Source: an uncultured delta proteobacterium
Lineage (GTDB): Bacteria > Desulfobacterota > RBG-13-43-22
Assembly: GCA_963743305.1 (NCBI GenBank)
Contig: CAVUPH010000010.1
Coordinates: 1 to 64,000, forward strand
DNA length: 64,000 nt
Direction of reading: 5' to 3'
Position numbers and translations under genes: made by a program. This document shows, one piece after another, positions 50,501-60,514 of this stretch. How positions within the stretch are numbered: position 1 is the first letter of the stretch; each line of letters opens with the position of its first letter. A model generated the notes under the pieces. That model worked only from the letters and a program-made list of their open reading frames with translations. It was not told the origin of the DNA and made no database searches.

Positions 50501-52066
50501 CAAGATAGGATGCAGCAGGTCATTCAGGAAGAGGGTCTGAATCGCGTAATCGTCGCCTCCTGTTCCCCCCGGACCCATGAAGGTCTTTTCCAGGAGACCC
50601 TGCGCAAGGCCGGCTTGAACAAGTACCTCTTTGAGATGGCCAACATCCGGGACCAGTGTTCCTGGGTCCACCAGGCCGATCCGGAGATAGCCACGGAAAA
50701 AGCCCAGGACCTGGTGCGCATGTCCGTGGCTCGAGCCCAGCTCCTCGAACCTTTGTACGAGATCCCTTTTCAGGTGAATCAGAAAGCCCTGGTGGTCGGA
50801 GGCGGGGTGGCCGGGATGACCGCGGCCCTCAATCTGGCTGATCAGGGATTTGAAACCTATTTGGTCGAAAAGAGTGATCGGCTGGGAGGCAATGCCCTTC
50901 GTCTGGCCTTCACGCTGGAGGGGTTTGATGTCAACGAATACCTGCAACGACTGATCGGCCAGATACAAGACCACCCCAAGGTACGTCTCCTGACCCAAAC
51001 GAAGCTGCTGGACGTCCAAGGACACATCGGGAAGTTCAAAAGTACTATAGAACACCAGGGCCAAAAAGATGTCTTGGAATACGGTGCGGTAGTGGTTGCT
51101 ACCGGCGGCAGCGAGTATACCCCGGAGGAATACGCCTACGGTCGGGATCCCCGGATTCAGACTCAGTTGGAACTTCACCAGTGGCTAAGCCGGGAACCGG
51201 AAAAGGTTTCCCAGGTCAAGCAAGTGGTCATGATCCAGTGCGTGGGTTCCCGGGAGGAAGCGCATCCCTATTGCAGCCGGGTCTGCTGCTCCACGGCCGT
51301 AGCCAATGCCCTGAAAATAAAAGAGCTCAGCCCCCGAACCGAGGTGATCGTCCTCTATCGGGATATGCGCACCTATGGACAGAAGGAACTGTTTTACAAA
51401 AAGGCCCGAGAGGCCGGGGTGCGCTTTATCCGCTTTGAACCGGAGGCCAAACCGGAGGTTACGGTTGAGGAGGGGAAGCTGGAGGTCAAGGTCCTGGATC
51501 AAAACCTGAAGACCGGAATTGTTATTCGTCCGGACCGCCTGGTCCTTTCGGCGGCTGTCCGTCCGGCCCCGGAAACCAAGGGTTTCGCTTCTCTTTTGAA
51601 ACTGCCGCTGGATGCCGACGGCTTTTTTCTGGAGGCCCACATCAAATTGAGGCCTCTGGATTTTGCCAATGCCGGCATGTTTCTTTGCGGTTTGGGGCAT
51701 GGCCCCAAGTCCCTGGAAGAAAGTATCGCCCAGGCCAAGGGGGCCGCGGCTCGGGCCGCCACCGTCCTGGCTCAGGAACAAATCAGCGTCGGGGGCCAGG
51801 TGGCCGTAGTAGACCAGGAGCGCTGTATCGTCTGTCTGACCTGCGTGCGTACCTGTCCCTTCGGTGTACCCCAAGTGAATGAAGAGGGGATGATCGAGAT
51901 CAATCCGGCCGCCTGTCAGGGCTGCGGAAACTGCGCCAGCGCCTGTCCCCGTAAGCTGATTCAGGTTCAAAACCAGCGGGATGACCAGATCATGGCCAAA
52001 GAAACGGCCTTGTTTGAATGGGGGGGAACGGCCAGGAGCTGGGGCAGCGTTTTACCGGCAGCCTGA
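47570..52066 (+). CDS. hdrA: Large HdrA-like flavoprotein (HdrL type: duplicated HdrA modules with a GltD/NfnB-like NAD(P)H insert)
   Basis: LDKTFPTNDC; two IQCVGSR...CS.VCC modules; CP.H...CG.VC..PCE..C, GSGPAG and GGGNVA insert; C-terminal ferredoxin. Confidence 0.9.
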   Translation: MESSAVESPLGEKEKIGAVMVVGSGISGMQSSLDLANAGYKVFLVDKNVSIGGVMAQLDKTFPTNDCSTCMISPKLIEVASNPNIEVLTRTRVKGLSGEPGHFTVALHREPRFVKEEACTGCGDCVKVCPIEVPADFNLGLNRRKAIYRHFPQAVPSTFAIDRNGTSPCKATCPAHISVQGYVALIAQGQFEEALALIRRENPLPFVCGYVCTHPCEGVCQRGEKVDEPIAIRELKRFVAEYERRRGAVKLPLLEAKRTENIAVVGSGPAGLTCAYYLALKGYGVTIFEALPKAGGMLTVGIPNYRLPKEIVEREIKAIEGLGVTIRLNEPIGPGHTLEQLKEEGFKAVYIGIGAHRGIRLGIEGEDLAGVVAGVDFLRRTALGRQESLGKKVAVIGGGNVAVDAVRTALRLGSDEAQILYRRTREEMPAYAEEIEEALEEGVTIHYLTAPIRFIGDAAGRLTAVECIQMELGDPDASGRRRPVPVQGSQFQIPVDGVITAISQQPELDNFTLPDGVVVSRYGTFSVDPSTLQTDVPWIFAGGDAVLGPKTVIEAIAQGKEAALSIDRFVKGEDLKAGREKSFEIAEVETQNIPAAPRFKPLRSDPDSRRSNFEEVVRVMTEEEAQAEASRCLACGICSECYQCVTACKAGAIDHTMQGEDLSLEVGALVVSPGFETFDARLKGEYGYGRYPNVITSLEFERILSASGPFQGHVQRLSDGREPVKVAWIQCVGSRDASINRDYCSYVCCMYATKQAIIAKEHVTTIEPTIFFIDIRAQGKGFDRYYERAKKDHGVRYLRSLVSRVAENPKTHNLQIAYIDENNAFQSEEFDLVILSVGLNAHSESKELAQCLGIATDRFGFCENPPLNSVGTSQPGIFVSGVFQNPKDIPETVTQASGAAAEAAALLSEARGTQISEMVFPEERAIQGEEPRIGVLICHCGINIAGIVDVEKVTEYAKTLPGVVYADHFLFTCSTDSQDRMQQVIQEEGLNRVIVASCSPRTHEGLFQETLRKAGLNKYLFEMANIRDQCSWVHQADPEIATEKAQDLVRMSVARAQLLEPLYEIPFQVNQKALVVGGGVAGMTAALNLADQGFETYLVEKSDRLGGNALRLAFTLEGFDVNEYLQRLIGQIQDHPKVRLLTQTKLLDVQGHIGKFKSTIEHQGQKDVLEYGAVVVATGGSEYTPEEYAYGRDPRIQTQLELHQWLSREPEKVSQVKQVVMIQCVGSREEAHPYCSRVCCSTAVANALKIKELSPRTEVIVLYRDMRTYGQKELFYKKAREAGVRFIRFEPEAKPEVTVEEGKLEVKVLDQNLKTGIVIRPDRLVLSAAVRPAPETKGFASLLKLPLDADGFFLEAHIKLRPLDFANAGMFLCGLGHGPKSLEESIAQAKGAAARAATVLAQEQISVGGQVAVVDQERCIVCLTCVRTCPFGVPQVNEEGMIEINPAACQGCGNCASACPRKLIQVQNQRDDQIMAKETALFEWGGTARSWGSVLPAA

Positions 52067-52116
52067 AACGGCCTTTGGTCTCAATCTAAACCCCAAAGGG
52101 GGGAGGAAAAACTTTT

Positions 52117-52617
52117 ATGCAAAATGGCGCCCTTAATCCCAGGCCCGGCTATGAACCAAAGATCATCGCCATGGTCTGTACTTACTGTACCTATACCGCC
52201 GCCGACATGGCCGGATCCATGCGCCTCCAGTATCCGCACAATGTCCGGATTGTCAAGTTGCTCTGTACCGGGAAGGTAGACGTCATTCATCTGCTGAAAA
52301 CCTTTGAAGCCGGCGCGGATGCCATCCTGGTCGGAGGCTGAGAAATCGGCGACTGCCATTTCCTGGAAGGAAATCTCAGAGCTAAAGAAAGAGTGGCCTA
52401 TACCCAACAATTGATGGATGAAATCGGTCTGGATGGCCGTCGGCTGGAGATGTATCACATCGGGGCCTCCGATGCCCCCAACTGGGCCCGGGCCGTCCGA
52501 GAAATGACCGAACGGGCCCTGTCGTTGGGGCCGAATCCGATTCGGAAAAGGATGATGGAATGTGGATCGATGCCCCGACCCCTGACGGTCGTTGAGGCCC
52601 AACAGGCCAAGGACTAA
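52117..52617 (+). CDS. mvhD: MvhD [2Fe-2S] subunit, selenoprotein (UGA at 52339)
   Basis: CTYC...CTGK...VGG-TGA-EIGDCHFLEGN in frame; the two ORF-track pieces join. Confidence 0.9.
52342..52379 (+). promoter_or_regulatory. Bacterial SECIS-like hairpin
   Basis: ATTTCCT-gga-AGGAAAT stem with a G-containing loop ~23 nt after the UGA. Confidence 0.65.
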
Positions 52618-52632
52618 CTGAAGGAGTGCACT

Positions 52633-53313
52633 ATGATCGTTGCCGAGAGAAAACCATTTGCCGAGATTGAGGCCATGCTGGCCCCTTATAAGAAAGTGCT
52701 GATCGCCGGCTGCGGCACCTGTGTGGCCGTTTGCCTGACCGGCGGGGAAAAGGAAGTCGGTTTGCTGGCCGCCGAGTTGTCCATTGCCTCCCAGATCAAA
52801 GGACGATCCCTGATGATCGGCGAGGCCACCGTCGAGCGACAGTGTGACCGGGAATTTCTGAGCGAACTGAAAGATCCGATCGAGGACTGCGAGGCCGTTC
52901 TTTCTCTGGCCTGCGGGGCGGGCATTCAATTTTTGGCTGAAATGTACGACCAGAAACCGGTATTTCCAGGGGTGGATACCACCTTCATCGGGGTGAATGA
53001 GGAGGTCGGATTCTGGACCGAACGCTGCCGGGCCTGCCACGAGTGCGTCCTTCATGTGACCGGGGGGATTTGCCCCAAGACCATCTGCGCCAAGGGATTG
53101 CTCAACGGTCCCTGCGGAGGAACCGTTCGGGGAAAATGCGAGGTGGATACGGAGAAGCCCTGCGCCTGGACCTTGATCTACCAGCGTTTGGAAAAAACCG
53201 GCCGCCTGGACCAAATCCGTCGGACCCTGGAACCCGGCCGCTATGATCGCCGGACGACTCCGGCCTATCAAACCCACGCCGCCTACAAGAGGAGATTTGA
53301 ATCCCATGCCTAA
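52633..53313 (+). CDS. metV: Methylene-THF reductase Fe-S subunit MetV
   Basis: GCGTCVAVC.TGG, RQC, CGAG, C..C..C, CAKGLLNGPCGG. Confidence 0.88.
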   Translation: MIVAERKPFAEIEAMLAPYKKVLIAGCGTCVAVCLTGGEKEVGLLAAELSIASQIKGRSLMIGEATVERQCDREFLSELKDPIEDCEAVLSLACGAGIQFLAEMYDQKPVFPGVDTTFIGVNEEVGFWTERCRACHECVLHVTGGICPKTICAKGLLNGPCGGTVRGKCEVDTEKPCAWTLIYQRLEKTGRLDQIRRTLEPGRYDRRTTPAYQTHAAYKRRFESHA

Positions 53314-54190
53314 GTCATTCCAGGAAGCCCTGAAGTCCGGAAAATTTTTGGTGACGGTGGAGCTCGATCCCCCCAAGGGGGTGGAGTCCGGGGAGTTGGT
53401 CCGGCAGGTGCAAACCCTCAAAGACCGGGTGGACGGCATTAACCTCTCGGACAATCGCGGGGGCGTCATGCGGATGAGCGCCCTGGCTGCCTGTCTTCTG
53501 ACCAAACAGGCCGGCGGGGAACCGATACTCAATCTGGCCTGTCGCGATAAAAACCGGATCGCCCTGGCCTCCGAGGCCCTGGGGGCGGCCGGCCTGGGGG
53601 TCTCCAACATCCTCTGTATGACCGGGGACCATACCACCCATGGAGATCATAAGGAAAGCAAGCCGGTTTATGATCTGGATTCGGTCCAGGCCCTGAAAAT
53701 GCTCAAAGGAATGATGGGCGGAAAAGACCTGAACGGCAACGCCCTGATCGGTGCCCCGACGTTTTGCCTGGGCGGCGTGGTTACGCCCGAGGCCGACCCG
53801 CCGGAACCGCAATTGTTGAAGTTTACCAAAAAGGCGGAAATCGGACTGGATTTTTTTCAAAGCCAGGCCGTCTTTGAACTCGACCGGCTTAAGGAGTTCA
53901 TTCACTATGCCCGAAAGTTTGAGGCCAAAGTGATCATCGGTGTTCGTCTGCTCACCTGGGAGGAAATAACCGGCTACCGGGACGGCTCTTTGCCTGGTGT
54001 GCTGGTGCCGGCGTCCTTGATTGACCCGCTTCGCCAGGCCGGCGAAAGCGAAGGCCCCCAAAGGGCCCTGGAGTTGACGGTCAATCTAATCAAAGAAATC
54101 AAGGCGCAGAACCTGGGGGACGGCGTCCACCTGATGGCCATGGGGCAGGAACATCTACTACCCGAGATCATGACGAAAGCAGGGATTTAG
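53306..54190 (+). CDS. metF: Methylene-THF reductase MetF (MetVF type)
   Basis: ELDPPKG, CRDKNRIAL, MTGDH, YDLDSV, GVHLM; overlaps the metV stop. Confidence 0.88.
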   Translation: MPKSFQEALKSGKFLVTVELDPPKGVESGELVRQVQTLKDRVDGINLSDNRGGVMRMSALAACLLTKQAGGEPILNLACRDKNRIALASEALGAAGLGVSNILCMTGDHTTHGDHKESKPVYDLDSVQALKMLKGMMGGKDLNGNALIGAPTFCLGGVVTPEADPPEPQLLKFTKKAEIGLDFFQSQAVFELDRLKEFIHYARKFEAKVIIGVRLLTWEEITGYRDGSLPGVLVPASLIDPLRQAGESEGPQRALELTVNLIKEIKAQNLGDGVHLMAMGQEHLLPEIMTKAGI

Positions 54191-54208
54191 CAAGAACGGA
54201 GGATTCTT

Positions 54209-55474
54209 TTGACGGCACCATCGCAACCCGATCCTAAAGACTCAAAAAGAGTGTTAATCCTAGGCGGCGGGATCGCCGGCCTTTCCTGCGCCGACCATTT
54301 GAGCAAAATGGGACTTTCCGTAACGGTGGTGGAAAAAAATCCCTCCATCGGAGGCCAGGCCCTGAATTTTTTCTGCAAGGCCACCGAGACCTGTGAAAAA
54401 TGCAACTACTGCTTGGTGGAAGAGCGGTTGACCGAGGTGGTCCGGCAACCCGGGATCGAAATCCTGACTCGGGCCAGGCTGCAGCAGGCCGAACCCTTGA
54501 GCGCCGGGGGGTTTATGGTAACCATCGAGCAGGAGGCTGCCTTTATCGATCCCGAGCGTTGCAACAATTGCGGCCATTGCTACGAGGTCTGCCCGGCGGT
54601 GGACGAGGGGGCTATCGTCAAAGGCCTTCCTTCCTCGGTAACCCATCCCTTGTATTCCATTCAACGGGCCCACTGCCTTTATTTTAAAGACCCTCACGCC
54701 CGGCTTTGCCAGGAGAATTGTCCGGAGCAGGCGATTGACCTGGATCGTCTGCCCGTGGCCCATCGGTTTCCGGTCCAGTCTCTGGTGGTGGCGACCGGCT
54801 ATACCCCTTTTGATCCCCGGGATAAACCGCGGTTGGGGTACGGAGTCCTTCCCAATGTGATTACCGCCCTGGAATTGGAGCGGATGATCCGGCTGGAAGG
54901 GGATGTCCGTCGCCCATCGGACGGAAAGAGACCGGAGCGTCTGGCCTTTATCCAATGTGTGGGCTCCAGGGATTTGACCCTGGATCATCCGTTTTGTTCG
55001 CGGGTCTGCTGCGGTTACGCCCTGCGCATGGGCAAGGCCATGAAGCATCGCTGGCCGGAAATGGACCCCTATGTCTTCTACATGGACCTCCAGAACTTCG
55101 GAAAGGATTTTATCCCCGCTTACGAAGAGGCCAAAGACAGCCTGACCCTGATCCGGGGCATACCGGGCAGCATCAATCCCGCCGCGGATGACCGGATCGC
55201 CCTGGGCTATCAGCCGGAAGGCGGGGGACCGCCCCGGGAAGAGGTTTTTGACCTGCTGGTCCTCTCCGTAGGCCTCATGCCTTCAGCGGAAAATGAACAG
55301 TGGGCCAAATGGTTCCAGCTTCCCCGAACAGTGGACGGATTCTTAAAGGATCATCCCGAAGAGGGGATCTTTACGGTGGGCACGGTGACCGGTCCCATGG
55401 ATATCGCTCAATCCGCTGCCGACGGCGGCCGAGCGGCCCGTATGGTGGCCGATTATTTAGGAGTTTGGTCATGA
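54209..55474 (+). CDS. Short HdrA / QmoA-like flavoprotein
   Basis: GGGIAG, FIQCVGSRD...CSRVCC; ~420 aa. Confidence 0.8.
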   Translation: MTAPSQPDPKDSKRVLILGGGIAGLSCADHLSKMGLSVTVVEKNPSIGGQALNFFCKATETCEKCNYCLVEERLTEVVRQPGIEILTRARLQQAEPLSAGGFMVTIEQEAAFIDPERCNNCGHCYEVCPAVDEGAIVKGLPSSVTHPLYSIQRAHCLYFKDPHARLCQENCPEQAIDLDRLPVAHRFPVQSLVVATGYTPFDPRDKPRLGYGVLPNVITALELERMIRLEGDVRRPSDGKRPERLAFIQCVGSRDLTLDHPFCSRVCCGYALRMGKAMKHRWPEMDPYVFYMDLQNFGKDFIPAYEEAKDSLTLIRGIPGSINPAADDRIALGYQPEGGGPPREEVFDLLVLSVGLMPSAENEQWAKWFQLPRTVDGFLKDHPEEGIFTVGTVTGPMDIAQSAADGGRAARMVADYLGVWS

Positions 55475-55540
55475 CGGGCCCGCCAGAGGTCCGTCAACAG
55501 GCCGAGGGCGATTAAGCCCCGGCCTGGGGTGAGGGTGGGA

Positions 55541-55589
55541 CCATTTGAATTCACTTCAAATGGCGGGAGAGGGGAAGCCCTCTCCCGCC
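55541..55589 (+). other. Tandem GC-rich hairpins between the qmoA-like and qmoB-like genes
   Basis: CCATTTGAA/TTCAAATGG and GGCGGGAGAGGG/CCCTCTCCCGCC. Confidence 0.5.
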
Positions 55590-55629
55590 GAGTAGAAAGT
55601 CGTTTTTGGACTTTTTACGAGGTTATTTT

Positions 55630-57769
55630 ATGCTAGAAGTAGAACCGAAGATCGGCGTCTTTCTTTACCATAAAGAAAAGAGAATGCCGGACACACCGGG
55701 CAGCGAGGATTTAAAAATGCTGGCCGGTTCCTTTCCCGGGGTGGAGGTCGTGGAGGACCTGTTCGAAGACCACTGGGAGGCCAGCGCCAGCCGACTGGAG
55801 CAGGAGATCCGAACCCATGATCTGTCCCGGCTGGTCTTTGTCTCCGACCGGGGGTCGAACCGATCCGGCTTTTTCCAAAAGGAGGCGACCCGCCTGGGCC
55901 TTCATCCCGATCAGGTGTTAATGGTGAATGTGCGACCGGTTTTCAGGGGAACCGCAGCGGAACCGGAACTGGTCCGGGAACGATCCATCCTTTTACTGAA
56001 ACAAGCCCTCCTGCGGTTGCCATCCACCGAGACCCCGACCCGGGAACAGGTGGAAACCATTCCCCGCCTGTTGATTTTAGGAAGCGGGCCGATGGGACGG
56101 CTGGCCGCCAGGGAAACCGTCCGGCTTGGATATGAGGCGCTGGTCCTGGTGGACGGCAAGGAATCCGACCGGGACGGGTATTATGATCAGGTCTCCGGGG
56201 TGGAGGGGGAGGACGGACGCCTCTCCGAATTGACCGCCCTGCCGGGATTTCGCCTGGTGACCGAGGCCAAACTCATCAGCCTGGAAGGTCAGGTCGGGCG
56301 TTTTACGGTTCGCTACCTGGATGGGGAAGATCGGATTCAGGAAGAAGCGGTGGGGGCTGTCCTGGTCGCCCTGGCGCCGGAAGTGAAGGCCAACTTTGAG
56401 GCCTTCGGCCTGAAACCCTCCCGCCGGGTCCTTTCCTTGGACCAACTGGAAACCCTGTTACGTTCACCGGAGTATCGGGAAAAATTGATTCCCCAGGGAG
56501 AGCGGACCGAGATCGTTTTCCTGTCGGGTCTGGCGTCCGAGTCCGGTCCTCCGGTGCTGGCCAGGGCCCTGAGTAACGCCCGAAAAGTCCAGGGGCTGGA
56601 AAATACCCAGGTCTATTTCCTGTCGGGAAACCTGAAAGTGGCCGCTGAGGGGTTGGAGCGGGAGTCAACCCGGGCCCGCGAGGAAGGGGTTATTTTCTTC
56701 CGCTTCACCGGTCAGCTTCCGATTGTGAAAACAACGGAGGCCGATCTCCAAGTGGAGTTTTTCGATGAGATCATCGACCGCACGCTGATCTTAAACCCGC
56801 AGGTCATCGTGGTGGATGAAGACCTGCTTCCCCACCCCTGGCTGAAGGAACTCTCCCCTATCCTGGAGACGCCGCTGGATCAAAAGGGATTTATGGTTCC
56901 GGATCAGGTTTACGCCCTGCCGGTCCGAGCCCCCCGCCCGGGAATTTATGTAGTGGGCGGCAGCCGTCGGCCTTTCGCCGACCCGGAGGAAATACGAGCC
57001 GAAGTGGAGGAAGCGGTCCTGTCCGCCGCGGCATCGATCGGCCGGGGGATTCGAGAGGTGGAGTCGCGGGTTCGAGTCGACCGCAAGAAGTGCACCATTT
57101 GTCTGACGTGCGTCCGATCCTGTCCCCATCAGGCCATGCATTTCGTCCTTCGCCGACCTCAGGCCCATCCCTTGGCCTGCCAGGTCTGCGGGGTCTGTGC
57201 GGCCGAATGTCCCATGGACGCCATCCAGATCAAGGATTTTCAGGATGCCGTCGTAATCCGGGAGATCTCCGGGAATTTTACGGACCGGAAATTCGACACG
57301 ATCGTGCCCCAGGTGGTGGCCTTCTGTTGCCAGAATTCAGCGGAAAAGACCCTGCAGCAGGCCCTGTTGTTCCGGGAACCGCTGCCCATCGGGTTTGAGT
57401 TCATCAAGGTCCCCTGCGCCGGGAAGATCGATCCGGATCACGTGCTGCACGCCTTTCGGGAAGGGGCCGACGGGGTAGTGGTCCTGGCCTGTCCGATTGA
57501 GGGCTGCAAATCCTTTCGAAGGAAACAAAAAGGCCCTGGAACGGGTGGAGTATCTTCGGGAGGTCCTGACTGAGTTGGGTCTGGAGCCGGAACGGATCCA
57601 GTTCGAAACCGTCGGCCCGGGCATGCTGGCCCAACTGCTCAAAACCTGCCAGACGGTGGAGGAGAGGATTCGCCGGTTGGGGATCAGCCCGGTCCGCCGA
57701 GCCAAGGGGATCCAGCGGATTTACGATCAGTTCACCTTCCCGGTGGATTCGAAGACCTTTGTAATCTAA
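55630..57769 (+). CDS. Degenerate HdrA-ferredoxin-MvhD fusion (QmoB-like), +1 frameshift near 57517
   Basis: HdrA-like body, CTICLTC/CQVCGVC, FCC...VPCAGKID...ACPIEGC; continues EGNKKA in the next frame. Confidence 0.8.
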
Positions 57770-58392
57770 AATTGAAACGAAATTCGAACAAACACGGACT
57801 AAAATCCGAAGGTTTAAACCGCGCGCCCTCTTTTTACGGGAGGGGGTTGGGGGGTGGGTGAATCCCCAATCTTCGAACCAACCGGATTTCCCTCCTCCGA
57901 CTGTCCTTGAAGGCCCATGGTGCCCACCCCCCGGCTGTCTGCGTGGGGTGGGCGGCTAGAAGGTTTTTGAATTAGTTATAACCCGGGTACGTGGCGGCCA
58001 TGCAACTGGAGTGGCAGAAAAGAATAACTTCCTGCGGTGCCGGCAGGAAACAGGTCCTGCTGGACGCTGTTCTGATGAAGGTTGCGGGTCGCGGCGGGCC
58101 GGCCGCGGACAAGGAACCATGCATCCTGGGGACCATGGATGAACGCTTTCTCTTCGTCCGGGAATTCGACCTGCCAGTCTTTTCAATTCGGTCTTTTCTG
58201 GAAAGAGGTCAGCGGCCATCTGGACGATCTCCGGTCTGGATCCGGAGGTCCGGGAGGACCTGGAACGCCGGATAGAAGAGAAGATCTGTAAACCTCCCGA
58301 AGATTGGGCCCTCTGGCCGAAAAAGTGTTCGCTGGCCTGCCGGTTGAAGCACTAAAATCCAGCAAGAAAAGAAAAGCAGGAGGGGAGAATTT

Positions 58393-59272
58393 ATGTCCGG
58401 AGGAATGGCCTTCAGGAAGGATTGTGAGGAGTGTGGGCGGAGTTTTTTAACCCCGGATAAGAAGGCAAAAATATGCCAACGATGTGCCGGCAAGGGCCAA
58501 CCAAGGCCCCAACCGGAAACGGTCCCCCCAAAAGGGCTCTCGCCAAAAGCAGCGGGGAAAACAAAACAATCCATCGTAAAAAGTCAAGCTTCCGGGCCGA
58601 TTGATAGTCCAAGGTCCGAGGTTTCAAGGGAGATCGAAAGCAAGGGAAGCGAGGAGAAGGTACCGCCGGCGACCCAAAGAAAAAACCGGCAAACAGGGAG
58701 AACCTCCAACCCCCGATCGGAAGAAGGAAGAAATCGAGCTGACCCCGGCGCAGATTCAGGAAATCGTGGACCGATATCAAATCTATGTTCAGGGTCTGGA
58801 GAGGCCGGCGCACGGAAGGCGAAAGACCATCGCCGCCGATATGGGAATTCCATCCCGGAGCGTTGTCCTGGCCCTGAGGCAGTGGAATCAACAGCAGTCT
58901 CAAGTAGAGGATTTGACCCGGGAAGAGCGTTTCACCATCGAAAAGGCCTATTTTTCTCGTCTGGAAGAAAAAAATTCCTTCTCGGAAATTAGAGAACAGA
59001 TCTCTCAAGAGACCGGCTTGAACCCCTGGGTGGTCTCCCGCTATCTGGACCTTCTTCATGACGGGGAGAAGAAGTTGCGAAACGTCGCCACTGTATCTTC
59101 GGAACAGGAAACAGCCATCCTGAATGAGTACCGGAAATACCTGTCGGCCTCCGGTCCTCCATCTTCTCCTCTGCACCCGCTGATTGCTGAACGAACCGGG
59201 GTTTTGCCCAAGCAAGTTTACCGGGTCCTGCTCTCCTACCGCTTAAGCCGTTTCCGAGAGAAATGGGGTTGA
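58393..59272 (+). CDS. Hypothetical protein with N-terminal CxxC-CxxC zinc ribbon and HTH-like C-terminus, +1 frameshift near 58675
   Basis: CEECG...CQRC; second half in ORF 58601-59272. Confidence 0.55.
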
Positions 59273-59528
59273 TGGGGGCAGCTTTTTTCACCAGTGCCGG
59301 CGAAATTCAGACCGATTATTTTTCCCCTAGACCTTAGCTTGGGGAGAATGAATGAAAACGCAAAGGCCCTGCCTTGTAATCAAGGATCAGGGCTTTCCTA
59401 TTTTCTACGACGGGACTGGGAAGGTGAGGTGAACCCGGTTTCGTCAAGCCAGGAGGTCTAATGATACTTTTTGATTGAAAAGTATCATTAAATGGGCTCA
59501 ATTTAAAAGAAATGAATCGAAAGCGATA

Positions 59529-60514
59529 ATGGATCAAGCCACGCACAATAAAATTGTTTCATTTCTCTGGGGGATCGCCGACGATGTATTGCGCGATCTC
59601 TTTAAACGGGGTAAATACCCGGATGTGATCCTGCCGATGTGCGTTATCCGGCGCATGGATGCGGTATTGGAACCCACCAAGCCGGCGGTGCTCGACACGA
59701 AAAAGATGCTTGATGAGGCACGGATCACCGAGCAGCGCACGGCACTTGAGGCTGCCGCAGGCCAGGCTTTTTTCAATACCTCGCGTTTTACGTTGCGGGA
59801 CTTGAAGTCCCGCGGTAGTCGGCAGCAACTCCTCGCTGACTTCGAAGACTATCTCAACGGTTTTTCCCCCAATGTCCAGGACATCCTGGAAAACTTCAAG
59901 TTTCGCAACCAAATCCCAACCCTGTCCAAAGCCGATGCCTTGGGGACGTTAATCGATAAGTTTCTCGATCCCGAAATTGATTTGTCGCCGGCTGCGATCG
60001 ACAACCACGCCATGGGGACGATTTTTGAGGAACTGGTCCGCAAGTTCAACGAGGATAACAATGAGGAGGCAGGCGAACACTGGACGCCGCGCGATGCCGT
60101 GCGCTTGATGGCCAATCTCGTGTTTCTGCCGATAGAGCTCCAGCTTAAATCGGGTTTGTATCTTATTTACGACTGCGCCTGTGGAACGGGCGGCATGCTG
60201 ACCGTGGCGGAGGAGACGCTGGCAGCGATTGCCGAAAAACACGGTCTCCAGATCAACAGCCGCCTCTATGGCCAGGAGATCAACCCCGAAACCTACGCCG
60301 TCTGCAAGGCCGACATGCTGCTCAAAGGCGAAGGCGAGAACGCGGAATATATTTACGGCGATGCGGAATATTCCACCCTCTACAACGATGCCTTTCCCGC
60401 TTCTATAAACCCCAGCCGCTGCGCACCCTCGAAGAGATTCGCGCCGATATCCTCGCTATTGAACAGGAGGCCGATGGGCTCCTGGATGATCTGCTGAAGG
60501 GAGGGAGCGTGTGA
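59529..60514 (+). pseudogene. hsdM: Type I RM methyltransferase HsdM with a large internal deletion
   Basis: GEHWTPRD and YDCACGTGGML present, NPPY absent; at ~60400 jumps to the C-terminal FYKPQPLRTLEEIRADI in another frame. Confidence 0.88.

Noticed and set aside
52081-53637. 518-aa minus-strand ORF and similar long antisense ORFs (e.g. 16799-17872, 50168-51178)
   Set aside because: Shadows of GC-rich sense genes, with no recognisable motifs
54209-57769. Bona fide qmoAB of dissimilatory sulfate reduction
   Set aside because: No aprAB or qmoC adjacent and the motifs are divergent, so these are called only Qmo-like
57956-58365. Short ORFs downstream of the hdr operon
   Set aside because: No consistent frame, RBS or family motif; possibly a decayed fragment
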